A DNA stretch of 64,000 nucleotides from Candidatus Eiseniibacteriota bacterium (GTDB taxonomy: Bacteria; Eisenbacteria; RBG-16-71-46; CAZAMP01). Positions 1 through 10,947 of this stretch are shown piece after piece. The stretch is taken from assembly GCA_965224245.1 (NCBI GenBank), contig OZ245046.1, positions 768,001 through 832,000 of the forward strand, read 5' to 3'. The notes beneath the pieces were generated by a model, which saw nothing but the letters and a program-made list of their open reading frames with translations, had not been told where the DNA came from and searched no databases. The position numbers and the translations under genes are program-made. The first letter of the stretch is position 1; each line of letters begins with the position of its first letter.

Positions 1-1
1 G

Positions 2-634
2 GCGGGATGCACGCTCTACGAGCTCGTCGACCCCGGCGCCCGGCCGGACGATGTGCCCCTCGGCGACCCGACCGAGGCCACGTTCCGGGACACGACGGTG
101 GCCGGTCCATTCACGACGCTGACCCCCGAACTGTCGATGGGACCGGTGACGTGGTCGCCGCACGTGCTCCGGCCGGGAGACACGCTCTCGGTGCGTGTCT
201 TCCTGCACAAGGACACCGAGGTCGCGCCGGCCACGCCCTACCGGTGGGTCGCCCGCGCTCGGCGTGAGGGGGACGGGCCGGCGCCCTGGGTCTCCCGGCT
301 CCGGCGGGCGGCCGCCCTCCTGCTCCACCGGCCACCGCCGCCGGCGCGCGAGCTCGTCGTCACCAAGCGCCCGCTGGACGGCCGGTATCCGGTTGCGCTG
401 TGGGACGTCGGGTCGTGCCACGAGGACGAGCTTCGTCTGGTCGTGCCCGCCGACGCGGTCCCGGGAACGTACGCGCTCGGCGTCACCGCGCACGAGCAGT
501 CGTTCGTGCGCAACGTCGCGCTCTCGGACTGGCTCCGCGCCTCCGGGGGGATCGGGGTGCCGGTGGGTCAGCTGGAGATCCGGCCCCGGCCGGACCGCAC
601 ACCCGACGCCGCGCCTCCCGACGGCATGGACTGA
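2..634 (+). CDS. 3' end of a gene entering from the left edge; C-terminal Ig-like domain of the kind found on ArnT/GT39-type membrane glycosyltransferases
   Basis: Frame is open from position 2; contains YPVALWDVG...ELRLVVPADAVPGTYALGV, which resembles the YPxxxWxxG...PPGxY C-terminal module. Confidence 0.45.
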   Translation, partial: AGCTLYELVDPGARPDDVPLGDPTEATFRDTTVAGPFTTLTPELSMGPVTWSPHVLRPGDTLSVRVFLHKDTEVAPATPYRWVARARREGDGPAPWVSRLRRAAALLLHRPPPPARELVVTKRPLDGRYPVALWDVGSCHEDELRLVVPADAVPGTYALGVTAHEQSFVRNVALSDWLRASGGIGVPVGQLEIRPRPDRTPDAAPPDGMD

Positions 635-657
635 CGCGCTCGCCGAGCCGGCGCCGG

Positions 658-1887
<1,230 letters not shown>

Positions 1888-1954
1888 GTCGACTCCTCGC
1901 GATCCGCGTGCGCGGGGGTTGAAGGTGACGTTGCCGGTGTTCAAAACGCGGGAG

Positions 1955-1963
1955 AGTATAGCA
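1955..1963 (-). promoter_or_regulatory. Extended -10 promoter element for icd
   Basis: TGCTATACT on the minus strand ~70 nt upstream of the icd ATG. Confidence 0.55.
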
Positions 1964-1987
1964 GCCCCGCGCGGCGAGGGCGATGCG

Positions 1988-2728
1988 TCAGTCGGGGTCG
2001 ACGAAGACGACGGCCACGCTGATGTTGTCGGGACCGCCCGCGTTGCAGGCCCGCCGCACGAGCTCCGCGCAGGCATCTTCGGGGGGCATGCTCGAGAGGA
2101 CGTCGCGGATCTCCGAATCGGAGACCTGGCCGGTCAGGCCGTCGGAGCAGATCAGGTAGCGGTCGCCGGCCAGGACCTCCTCGGGCGGAGACAGGATGTC
2201 GATCCGGAGCGGCTCCTCCATGCCGAGCGCGCGCGTGAGCACGTGCGCCGCGGGATGCATGTCGGCCTCGGCGGGATGGATGATCTTCTCGTCCACGAGC
2301 TCCTGGGCGACGGTGTGGTCGCGAGTGAGCTGCTCGAGGCGCTCGCGCAGCCGGTACGCGCGGGAGTCACCCACGTGCGCGATGTACATCTTGCCGGCGT
2401 CGACGGCCAGCGCGGTGCACGTGGTGCCCATGCCCTGGAGCTGCGCGTTCTCTCTCGCTTGCGCGAGAATGCGCTCGTGCGCCGCGCGGATTCCGTCGCC
2501 GAGGAGCCCGTCGATGTCCGGGCGGCCGTTTCGGCGATACGCGTCCATGACCTCGCTGACCGCGATCTCACTGGCCACCTCGCCGGCGGCGTGGCCGCCG
2601 AGACCGTCGGCGACCACCGAGAGCGTGCTGCATCCGTCGCCGCCCTGGACGACCGAGACGTGATCCTCGTTGTGGGTGCGTACCAGTCCGATGTCGGTGC
2701 GGTGTGCGGTGCGGCAATTGATGCCCAC
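1988..2728 (-). CDS. PP2C-family Ser/Thr protein phosphatase (Stp1/PrpC-like)
   Basis: [36 protein letters not shown] and GGPDNIS motifs; GTG start inferred. Confidence 0.93.
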   Translation of the reverse strand: MGINCRTAHRTDIGLVRTHNEDHVSVVQGGDGCSTLSVVADGLGGHAAGEVASEIAVSEVMDAYRRNGRPDIDGLLGDGIRAAHERILAQARENAQLQGMGTTCTALAVDAGKMYIAHVGDSRAYRLRERLEQLTRDHTVAQELVDEKIIHPAEADMHPAAHVLTRALGMEEPLRIDILSPPEEVLAGDRYLICSDGLTGQVSDSEIRDVLSSMPPEDACAELVRRACNAGGPDNISVAVVFVDPD

Positions 2729-2943
2729 GGTCGTAACCCCCGATCGCTCCACGCGCCGTCGCGTGACGGGTTGCTCGTGCCGGGCGAGGGGCGCGAGAGT
2801 GACGTCACAGTCGGGTGTTCCCGAGGCGCCCGGGGAGTTTAGCCGAGTCGCCGCGACGGCCACAACGCCTGTCGCGCGGGGTCGGAGATCGGGGATTGGG
2901 GGTCGATACCGTGTGCGGGCGGGGCCCTCCCGCGTTCGAAAGG

Positions 2944-2974
2944 GGCGGGGAGCTCCACGAGGGAGCTCCCCGCC
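2944..2974 (-). terminator. Hairpin, probable intrinsic terminator of the small membrane-protein gene
   Basis: Perfect 13-bp inverted repeat GGCGGGGAGCTCC-N5-GGAGCTCCCCGCC followed by CCTTT on the minus strand. Confidence 0.55.
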
Positions 2975-3002
2975 AGGGGGGATGGAGGGGTCAATCGTAT
3001 GA

Positions 3003-3245
3003 TCAAACGGCCGAGAGCAGGGCGCCGACGACGAGCGCGAACGGCGCGAGCACCGCGAGCGCGAGCACGGCTCCCACGATCGAGAGCGGGAGCAGCACGA
3101 CGATCGCGACGGCCGTGAGCACCGTGCCGATCACCATCAAGACGAGCTTGATCGGAAACAACACGAGGCGCACGATCAGCGACAGCAGCATCGCCAGCCC
3201 GACGAGTACGGTGCCTACGATCACGAGGAAACCAAGTTCGATCAT
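3003..3245 (-). CDS. Small hydrophobic membrane protein (80 aa), unknown function
   Basis: GGAGGTG RBS before ATG 3245; almost entirely hydrophobic sequence; downstream hairpin. Confidence 0.7.
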   Translation of the reverse strand: MIELGFLVIVGTVLVGLAMLLSLIVRLVLFPIKLVLMVIGTVLTAVAIVVLLPLSIVGAVLALAVLAPFALVVGALLSAV

Positions 3246-3347
3246 CCCGGTCACCTCCAATGCATGTACAGTGCTACGTGAGGGGCGGCGGACGGGTTTC
3301 AATTCCGGGCCGCCTGGACGCGGGGGTCGTCACGGTGCGAGGTCGAC

Positions 3348-4157
3348 ATGGGGAACAAGGGCCACGAGAGCATCGAGTCGGTGTGGCGGGAAGTCTGGGA
3401 AGCGCTCGATGACGATCGGGTCGACGCGGCCGCCGATCGGATCCGCCGCGCGCGAGCCTCCGGCCTGGCCGGGCCGGATCTCGACTATCTGGACGGCATG
3501 ACGTCGCTGGAGGCCGACGACGTCGAGGGCGCGCTGGCGCTGATGCGACGCGCCTCCCAGGCGGCACCGGACTGGATCGACGCCACCGTCGGACTGGCCT
3601 GGGCGGCATTCCGGGCGTGCCAGTTCGAGGAGGCCGCGAAGGCGGCCGACACGGTTCTGGCCGAGGACCCGGGCGTCGCGGACATGCACGAGCTCCGGGC
3701 GCTCCTCTCCGAGCGAGCGGGCCGAGTCGACGACGCAGAGGCCGCGTTCGCCGAGGCGCGCCGGCTCGAGCCCAACCTCCCCGATCCCGTGCGACTCGAC
3801 GAGGCGGCGTTCCGGCGCGTGACCGAACAGGCGCTCGAGCGGCTCCCCGAGGCGTTCCGGAACGCGATGACCAACGTCGCGATCATGGTGGAGCCCGTTC
3901 CGCCCACCGCGTTCCTGACCGAGTCGCGCCCGCCGCTGGATCCCCAGTCGCTCGGCATGTTCTCGGGCGCCTCGCGCATCGACACGCCGGACGGCGGCGA
4001 GCTACCCGACGTCATTCACCTGTTCCAGCGGAACCTCGAGCGGATGGCCGAGACGCCGGACGAGCTGGAGGAAGAGATCGCGATCACGTTGTATCACGAG
4101 ATCGCGCACTACCTGGGCTTCGACGAGGACGACATGCCGGGGCTGGGGCTCGAGTAG
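3348..4157 (+). CDS. TPR-containing minimal zincin (Zincin_1-like) metallopeptidase
   Basis: N-terminal TPR-like helices; C-terminal LGMFSG, IHLFQRNLE, TLYHEIAHYLGFDEDD. Confidence 0.88.
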   Translation: MGNKGHESIESVWREVWEALDDDRVDAAADRIRRARASGLAGPDLDYLDGMTSLEADDVEGALALMRRASQAAPDWIDATVGLAWAAFRACQFEEAAKAADTVLAEDPGVADMHELRALLSERAGRVDDAEAAFAEARRLEPNLPDPVRLDEAAFRRVTEQALERLPEAFRNAMTNVAIMVEPVPPTAFLTESRPPLDPQSLGMFSGASRIDTPDGGELPDVIHLFQRNLERMAETPDELEEEIAITLYHEIAHYLGFDEDDMPGLGLE

Positions 4158-4196
4158 CCTCGGCCGCGGGCGACCCGGACTCGGGCTCGACCCGGC

Positions 4197-4841
4197 TCAG
4201 CCGGCCGCGATCGCGCGGACCCGCGTTCCGAGCTCGGCGAGGCGCTCGATGCGACCGCCGCCGGCGGCCCGCCGGAACCCGATCACGGGTATCCCGGCCC
4301 GGCGACCGGCCTCGACGTCGGTGGACGAGTCACCCACGAACACGACCTCGGTCCTGGCCACGCCGAGGCGCGCGCAGACCTCGAGCAGCATGTCGGGCTC
4401 GGGCTTCGGACGTGGGACGTCGTCGGCGGTCACGACGAGATCGAAGAACGGGGTCAGCCCGGTGACCCCCAGCATCACCCGGGCGGTCTCGCCCGGAGCG
4501 TTCGTGGCCACCGCCAGCTTGGCGCCGCCGGCCCTGAGCGCGGTGAGCGCGCGGTCGGCGTCGGGGTCCACGCGCCCGACACGATCGACGTGTCGCGGGA
4601 ACTCCTCGTCGTAGGCGGCGTCCAGCTCGGCGCGCGTCATCGTCCCGTCGAAGAACCGCTCGGCGTCGGCCTCGCTGGACTGTCCGAACGTCTCGGCGAA
4701 CTCGGCCGGGTCGACCGCGTCGCGGCCCGTGCGGGCGCGAATCGCGTCCAGGGCCGCCTGCCAGGCCAGCCGACTGTCGACGAGCACGCCGTCGAGATCG
4801 AAGACGATGGCGCGCGCGCGGTGACGCGACGCGCCGGTCAA
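4197..4841 (-). CDS. HAD-superfamily hydrolase (phosphoglycolate phosphatase-like)
   Basis: FDLDGVLVDS, VATN, KPEP, VGDSSTD; TTG start overlaps the glyQS stop. Confidence 0.9.
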   Translation of the reverse strand: MTGASRHRARAIVFDLDGVLVDSRLAWQAALDAIRARTGRDAVDPAEFAETFGQSSEADAERFFDGTMTRAELDAAYDEEFPRHVDRVGRVDPDADRALTALRAGGAKLAVATNAPGETARVMLGVTGLTPFFDLVVTADDVPRPKPEPDMLLEVCARLGVARTEVVFVGDSSTDVEAGRRAGIPVIGFRRAAGGGRIERLAELGTRVRAIAAG

Positions 4842-6163
4842 AACGCGGTCTTCTCCCGAATGATGCCCTTCACGGCGTCGAGCCCCACGCGCACCTGGGT
4901 CATGTCGTCGCGATCGCGCAGCGTGACGCTCTGGTCCTCGAGCGTCTGGGAGTCGACCGTGATGCAGTACGGGGTGCCCGCCTCGTCCTGGCGTCGATAG
5001 CGCCGCCCGACCGCGCCGCTCTCGTCGTACACGACCGGAAACGCCAGACGGAGGTCGTCGCAGAGCTTGCGGGCCACGTCGGGCATGCCGTCCCGCTTGA
5101 CCAGCGGGAACACGGCGGCCTTGATCGGTGCGATCCTGGGCGCGATCCGGAGCACCACGCGAGTCTCGCCCTCGACCTCTTCCTCGGCGTATCCGTCGAG
5201 GAGCACGACCAGGAGCGCGCGGTCGCAGCCGCACGCGGCCTCCACGACGTACGGCACGAACCGCTCGCGCGTCTGGTCGTCGAAGTACTCGAGCTTCTTG
5301 CCGCTGTGCTCCTGGTGCCGTCCGAGGTCGAAGTCGGTGCGATTGTGGATGCCCTCGAGCTCCTTCCACCCGAACGGGTACAGGTACTCGATGTCCACGG
5401 CGGCCTTCGCGTAGTGGGCGAGGTCGTTGGGGCCGTGCACGGCGAAGCGCAGGTGATCAGGACGGATGCCGAGCTCGTGGTGCCAGCGCATTCGCTCGTC
5501 CTTCCAGCGTTCGAACCACTCCTCGTCCTGGCCCGGAGCGACGAAGAACTGCATCTCCATCTGCTCGAACTCGCGGGTCCGGAAGATGAAGTTCTTGGTG
5601 GTGATCTCGTTGCGGAAGGCCTTGCCGATCTGGGCGATGCCGAAGGGGAGCTTGTGTCGCGCGGTCTGCTGCACGTTGAGGAAGTTCACGTACGAACCCT
5701 GGGCCGTCTCCGGACGGAGATACACGATCGACGAGTCGTCCGACACCGGGCCCATGTGGGTACGGAACATGAGGTTGAAGTCGCGCGGCTCGGTCAGCTC
5801 ACCGCCGCAGGCTCCGGGGTGCTTGGAGGGGCGCTGCGGGCACTGCTGCTCCTCGAGCGTGTCGGCGCGGAACCGGCCCTTGCACGTCTTGCAGTCGACC
5901 ATCGGGTCGGAGAATCCGTCGACATGGCCGGACGCGACCCATACGTTGGGGTGCATCAGGATCGACGCGTCGACCGGCTCGATGTTGTCGTGCCGCTGCG
6001 TCATCGCGTGCATCCAGAACGCCTTGATGTTGTTCTTCAGGCGCGCGCCGAGGGGGCCGTAGTCCCAGCAGCTGCCGAGGCCGCCGTAGACCTCGCTGGA
6101 GGGGAAGATGTAGCCGCGTCGCTTGGTGAGCGAGACGACTTTCTCCATCGTCTTGGGATCCAT
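4838..6163 (-). CDS. glyQS: Glycine--tRNA ligase, alpha2 (homodimeric) type
   Basis: WDYGPLG, YLRPETAQG, FRNEIT, FRTREFEQME, GRRYRRQDEAGTP; GGAGG RBS. Confidence 0.97.
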   Translation of the reverse strand: MDPKTMEKVVSLTKRRGYIFPSSEVYGGLGSCWDYGPLGARLKNNIKAFWMHAMTQRHDNIEPVDASILMHPNVWVASGHVDGFSDPMVDCKTCKGRFRADTLEEQQCPQRPSKHPGACGGELTEPRDFNLMFRTHMGPVSDDSSIVYLRPETAQGSYVNFLNVQQTARHKLPFGIAQIGKAFRNEITTKNFIFRTREFEQMEMQFFVAPGQDEEWFERWKDERMRWHHELGIRPDHLRFAVHGPNDLAHYAKAAVDIEYLYPFGWKELEGIHNRTDFDLGRHQEHSGKKLEYFDDQTRERFVPYVVEAACGCDRALLVVLLDGYAEEEVEGETRVVLRIAPRIAPIKAAVFPLVKRDGMPDVARKLCDDLRLAFPVVYDESGAVGRRYRRQDEAGTPYCITVDSQTLEDQSVTLRDRDDMTQVRVGLDAVKGIIREKTAF

Positions 6164-6280
6164 CTCGAGGCCTCCGAATAGCGTCCGGGACGATCCGCCC
6201 CGTGATCCCGAGAGGTGGACCCCGATGGCGCGGTGACTCGGGCGTGGCGTGGCACGACACGTCCGCCAAACAGACCGACG

Positions 6281-6310
6281 AGTATAGGGATCGCCGCGAA
6301 GGGCGGTCAA
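6281..6310 (-). promoter_or_regulatory. Sigma70-type promoter for glyQS
   Basis: TTGACC-N18-TATACT on the minus strand. Confidence 0.55.
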
Positions 6311-6325
6311 GAAAGGCACTCCACG

Positions 6326-7126
6326 ATGCTCACGTTCGCCCTGGAGCTGGCCGAGGAGGCGGGTCGTCTGCTGATGGCGCGCCTGGGCACCCTCGACACG
6401 TCCGAGATCGACTTCAAGGGACGGGTCGACCTGGTGACCCGCGTGGACCGCGAGGCCGAGGCGCTGATCGTCGGCGCGATCCGGAGCCGCTTCCCCGATC
6501 ACGTCGTGGTCGCCGAGGAGGGCGCCGGCGAGACCACCCCGGCGCCCTCGGGCCCGAGCACGCGCTGGATCGTCGACCCGATCGACGGAACGACGAACTT
6601 CGTCCATCGCTTCCCCTTCTTCGCGGTGTCCATCGGTGTCGAGGTCGACGGCGAGCCGGCGCTGGGCGTGATCCACGCCCCGGCGCTCGGGGAGACCTAC
6701 TCCGCCACGCGCGGCGGAGGGGCGTCGCTGAACGGCGCTCCGATCCGGGTCTCGACCACGGAGACGCTGATCGGGAGCCTCCTGGCCACCGGATTCGCCT
6801 ACGATCGCTGGGAGCGCCCGCGCAACAACCTGGCCGAGTTCGCCGCGCTGACCATGCGCACGAGGGGCGTGCGGCGCGCCGGGGCCGCGTCGCTGGACCT
6901 GGCCTACGTCGCGGCCGGCCGTCTGGACGGGTACTGGGAGTTCGGACTGGCGCCCTGGGACGTTGCGGCCGGTTCGCTGATCGTGGCCGAGGCCGGCGGT
7001 CGGGTCACGGACATCGACGGCGGACACACCCACCGGAGCGGGGACAGCATTCTCGCCACCAACGGTCCGCTCCACGAGCCTCTCGGAGCCGTGCTCGCCG
7101 AGGTGGCGGCGGCGGAGTCAGACTGA
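6326..7126 (+). CDS. suhB: Inositol monophosphatase family protein
   Basis: DLVTRVD, WIVDPIDGTTNF, RRAGAASLDL, PWDVAAG. Confidence 0.93.
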   Translation: MLTFALELAEEAGRLLMARLGTLDTSEIDFKGRVDLVTRVDREAEALIVGAIRSRFPDHVVVAEEGAGETTPAPSGPSTRWIVDPIDGTTNFVHRFPFFAVSIGVEVDGEPALGVIHAPALGETYSATRGGGASLNGAPIRVSTTETLIGSLLATGFAYDRWERPRNNLAEFAALTMRTRGVRRAGAASLDLAYVAAGRLDGYWEFGLAPWDVAAGSLIVAEAGGRVTDIDGGHTHRSGDSILATNGPLHEPLGAVLAEVAAAESD

Positions 7127-7151
7127 TCCCGGACTGGGGAACGCGACCCGA

Positions 7152-8120
7152 TCACCGAGACCGGTAGGCGAAGCGCTCGCGGAGCACGGCGGCCCCGTCC
7201 TCGAGATAGGCGGCGCGGAGCGCGAGTCGATCCAGCTCGGGATCGGTCTCGACGTCGGGGTGAACCGGACGCAGCTCGAAGGCCCAGTCCCCGCCGGCGG
7301 TGCCACGCATCAGGCCGACCTGACGACCGCGCAGGCCGGGAGCACCGCCGGCCGCCCCGCCGAGGTCGACCACGTTCGGGGTGCGACCTCCGGATCCGTA
7401 CAGGACGACGTCCACGGCGGCGTTCGCCCGTGCGACGGCACGCGCCGGGCCGAGCCCTCCCGCGCAGAGGACCACCACCACGTCGGCCGCTCCGCCGCCT
7501 CCGTCCGACACCGACATGGCCGCCAGGGCTGCGGCGACCTGCTCGGCGGGAGACCGCACGTCGGACCCGAACCACCCGGCCCCGATCACCGCGATGCGTC
7601 CATCCGGGTGCGCCACCGTGCGCCAGGCCGGGACGTCGTCGGGTCGATCGGGATGCCCGCATACGAGCGGAAGCTGGTGCCGCTCGGCGCCGAGCGACTG
7701 CAGGAGATCGAGCTCGGCGGGACCGACGTTGAGGACGTCGTATCCGAGCACGTCCATCGCCTCCAGGGTCACGCGCGCGGTCTCGAGCCCGATGTCACCG
7801 GCGAGCCAGCCACCGACGTCGAGCCGGACGAGTCCCGGCTCCTCGGCCTCCAGCGTCCGGAAGAGCACGTCACGCGGCGCCCAGCCCCCCAGCGGATCGA
7901 CCGGACAGTCGCACGGCCGGGGCTGAAAGCCCGTCTCGGCGGTGACGGCCAGCGTCAGGGCCGCCGCCCCGGTGCCGACCGCGGCGGCCAGGGCGAGGGC
8001 CAGCGACAGGCTCGCGACGGCGCGCCACGTGGACCCGGCGGTACGGCGAGGACTCCGGCAGGACCGGGGCGCCGCGATCGGCGCCGCGATCCTGGGAGTC
8101 GACGGGGGACGGTGTCGCAT
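7152..8120 (-). CDS. Exported UshA-like / metallophosphoesterase-fold protein with CxC motif
   Basis: Signal-like hydrophobic N-terminus; PCDCPVDPLGGWAPR, LDVGG, MDVLGYDVLNVGPAEL; starts 3 nt after the upstream stop. Confidence 0.65.
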   Translation of the reverse strand: MRHRPPSTPRIAAPIAAPRSCRSPRRTAGSTWRAVASLSLALALAAAVGTGAAALTLAVTAETGFQPRPCDCPVDPLGGWAPRDVLFRTLEAEEPGLVRLDVGGWLAGDIGLETARVTLEAMDVLGYDVLNVGPAELDLLQSLGAERHQLPLVCGHPDRPDDVPAWRTVAHPDGRIAVIGAGWFGSDVRSPAEQVAAALAAMSVSDGGGGAADVVVVLCAGGLGPARAVARANAAVDVVLYGSGGRTPNVVDLGGAAGGAPGLRGRQVGLMRGTAGGDWAFELRPVHPDVETDPELDRLALRAAYLEDGAAVLRERFAYRSR

Positions 8121-8123
8121 CGG

Positions 8124-10937
8124 CTACGGCTCGACGATCAGCACGTCGTCGAACGACGCCGCCGACACGTACGTCCCGAACCCGAAGCGGCCGGCCGGCG
8201 GCTCCGGATAGATGCTCGTCTCGAGGTACAGCTCGCAGTCCACGTAGACCTTGTACGTCGTGCCGTAGCGCTCGACCCGCATCCGGTACCAGCGGTTGTT
8301 CTCGAACGGGAATGGCGCCAGGTCGATGTCGAGGTAGTCGGGCAGCATCGACGCGAGCACCACCGAGTTGGACCACGCGTACAGGTAGCCGACGTACCGG
8401 TAGCCCGCGGCGTACCGATTGAACTGGAACATCGTGTAAGCGCCGGTGTCGCAGTTCGTGTCGGCCTGGAAGACGAAGTCGCCGTCGTGCGAGAGCGTGG
8501 ACGTGTAGATCCACTTCGACGACCCGTAGGCGGAGTTCGTCTGCTGGAGCATGCCTTCCGCCGCCGTCCAGTTGCCGGTGTCCACGGTCCATCCGTTGTA
8601 GTCGCGATCGTCGAACGTGTCGGCGAGCAGCAAAGTGGCCGGCATTCCGGTGACGTCGCACGGCGCTCCGCTCGAATGGAACTTGACGGTCGTCTGGATG
8701 CGACGCATGTCACCGTCGAACGCGAGCAGCATCGGCTGTCCGTGGATGCCGTCGCCGTCCGCGCGGACGGTGAACGACTCCGGGAAGATCTCGGTTCCCG
8801 AGGAGACTCTTCCCGTCGGGCCGTGACCGTATGTGCCGTCCGCCGACCACAGCGTGCGGCCGTCGAACCACACCTTGGCCAGAAGGCGGGAGGCATCGTC
8901 CCACAGCGGGGTGAGCTTGATGACCTCCTCGTCGCCTCCGCTCGAGTAGACCTCGAAGTTGACCAGGTTGTGGCCGTCGCTGCCGGCGATCCACGGCGAG
9001 CACGTCGTCTCGATCGTGCACGAGATGCAGGACGTTCCACCGGCCACCTCCATGGAGTGGTCGCTCTCGTAGAACGGCGAGCATCGGTCGACCGCGGTCA
9101 CCGAGATGTAGTAGTCGCTGCACAGCTCCAGCCCCGTGAGCGTGAACTGACACCGGGCTCCGCTCGTGACCTCCGAGACGTCGACACTGATGGGCGAGTC
9201 ACCCTCGACGGCCCCGAGACCGTAGTACGCGCCCGGATACGGGCCGTACCAGATGCGGTAGCCGGCGAGGTCGCAGTCGACGGTGTTGGCATCCCAGGTG
9301 AGCTGCACCGTCCGCTCACCGATCACGGCGGTCAGGCCCGTGGGCACCGTCGGCGCGCCGGGCGTGCACGGCGAGGACGTGTTGATCACGGCCTCGTTGG
9401 CCGCGCAGACGTCGCCGAGCACGCCGCAGGCGTCCACGGCCCCCACGTTGATGTAGTACGTCCGGCACGGCAGGAGGTCGGTCAGGATGGCCCAGTCCCG
9501 CGACGGCTCGACCCGTTCGACCCGGGACATGCCCCCGGGGATGGTGTCGTAGAAGACCGCGAAGTGATGGATGTCGTCCGCGGACAGCGGGGAGCCGTCG
9601 AGACGGTCGGTCGGCGGCGTCCAGGAGACCGCGAGCTCGCCCTCGACGCTGCCCAGCTCGGCGTCCAGCGACGACACGCAGCTGACGGGGGCCGGCCAGA
9701 CGCCGGCCACTTCGGGGGACGCCTCACCGTCGTTGTCGCAGGCGATGGCCACCACGCGGTACCAGTAGCTCTGGCATCCGCTCATGCCGTCGTCGACGTA
9801 CGTGGTGACGCCCTCGCCGAGTGACGCCAGGAGGTTCGACGGCCCGGGGGTGAAGCCGGCCTCGTCGTCGCGGTAGAGCTCGTACTGGACGCCGGTGGTG
9901 ATCGTGCCGCCACTGAGCGACTGGGTCACCGCGTCCCAGCTGACGGTGATGGCGTCGCTGGACACGGCGGTGGTCACGTTGTCGGGCACCTCCGGGCGCA
10001 CGCCGGACGACATGTCGACCGTGACCGAGTATGGATAGCTCTCGACACCGGCGCGGCTCACGCACGTGACCTGGATGTAGTACACGTCGGCCGACAGGTC
10101 GGACACGGTCCAGTGGTCGATCGTCCGCGCCAGTCGCGCGTTCAGGGTCAGCTCACCGAGCGTGGTGCCGAAGTAGAAGTTGTAGTGGCTGATGTCGTCG
10201 AACTCCAGCGGGGTCCCGTCCGTGTTGGCCGTCGGACGGCTCCAGCTGGTCGTGACCGACTCGCAGTCGGGCAGGCTCGTCCCATGCCCGATGGGCGGGT
10301 TCGGACGGCTCCGCGCGGGGGTCAGCGGGAGGTTCCGGGGGTAGATCGTCGTCGACAGCGTCGTGGTGTAGTAGTCGCCGTTCTGCATCGGCCGCGGGCT
10401 CACGCCGCTGACCTGGAGCCGGATCTCGCCGATGAGCTCCGGCTGGGGTACCGGTGCCGGAAGCTCGACGCCGTCGCCGTTGTAGAAGCGCATCTGCAGC
10501 CCGGCGGGTGCGATCCCGTACGACTGGGGATCGTTCACGAGGACGGCGCCCGTCGTGTCCCGGACCGAGCGCATCACGATCAGATCCGTCGGGTTCGGGG
10601 TGTCGTTGTCGGCGTCGGGCGCGAGGTAGTAGCTGATCGTCTCGGCGCCCGGATTGTCGAAGATGTCGGCGTTGAACACGACGGAGTCGATGTCGGCGAA
10701 CTCGATCGACGCCTGCGTTGCGTCCTTGCCGTAGGACACCTGGCGAAAGTCGTCCGCGATCGAGTTGATGGCCACGCGCGCGTTCTGCTGGGCTTCGATC
10801 GTCGCCTTCTGGTCCTCGACCGAACGGCTCGACACGTTGAGCACCTGGAACAGCGCGACACCCACGAGCCCCAGGACGATCAACGTCATCAAGAGCTCGA
10901 CGAGGCTGAAGCCTCGTTGATCGAATCGTTGCGTCAT
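8124..10937 (-). CDS. Giant PilW-like minor pilin (937 aa) with FN3 repeats and a C-terminal ConA/lectin-like domain
   Basis: Prepilin motif RG|FSLVELL, AQQNARVAINSIADDFRQ, about four FN3-like repeats, C-terminal DTFDD...WYRMRVER...GRFGFG...FDDV. Confidence 0.8.
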   Translation of the reverse strand: MTQRFDQRGFSLVELLMTLIVLGLVGVALFQVLNVSSRSVEDQKATIEAQQNARVAINSIADDFRQVSYGKDATQASIEFADIDSVVFNADIFDNPGAETISYYLAPDADNDTPNPTDLIVMRSVRDTTGAVLVNDPQSYGIAPAGLQMRFYNGDGVELPAPVPQPELIGEIRLQVSGVSPRPMQNGDYYTTTLSTTIYPRNLPLTPARSRPNPPIGHGTSLPDCESVTTSWSRPTANTDGTPLEFDDISHYNFYFGTTLGELTLNARLARTIDHWTVSDLSADVYYIQVTCVSRAGVESYPYSVTVDMSSGVRPEVPDNVTTAVSSDAITVSWDAVTQSLSGGTITTGVQYELYRDDEAGFTPGPSNLLASLGEGVTTYVDDGMSGCQSYWYRVVAIACDNDGEASPEVAGVWPAPVSCVSSLDAELGSVEGELAVSWTPPTDRLDGSPLSADDIHHFAVFYDTIPGGMSRVERVEPSRDWAILTDLLPCRTYYINVGAVDACGVLGDVCAANEAVINTSSPCTPGAPTVPTGLTAVIGERTVQLTWDANTVDCDLAGYRIWYGPYPGAYYGLGAVEGDSPISVDVSEVTSGARCQFTLTGLELCSDYYISVTAVDRCSPFYESDHSMEVAGGTSCISCTIETTCSPWIAGSDGHNLVNFEVYSSGGDEEVIKLTPLWDDASRLLAKVWFDGRTLWSADGTYGHGPTGRVSSGTEIFPESFTVRADGDGIHGQPMLLAFDGDMRRIQTTVKFHSSGAPCDVTGMPATLLLADTFDDRDYNGWTVDTGNWTAAEGMLQQTNSAYGSSKWIYTSTLSHDGDFVFQADTNCDTGAYTMFQFNRYAAGYRYVGYLYAWSNSVVLASMLPDYLDIDLAPFPFENNRWYRMRVERYGTTYKVYVDCELYLETSIYPEPPAGRFGFGTYVSAASFDDVLIVEP

Positions 10938-10947
10938 CGTGGAGCTC

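Noticed and set aside
7900-7920. Possible selenocysteine in the UshA-like CxC motif
   Set aside because: The codons are TGC and TGT, with no in-frame TGA
7260-9824. 854-aa plus-strand ORF
   Set aside because: Antisense to the pilin and UshA-like genes, Arg/Gly-rich, no recognisable domain
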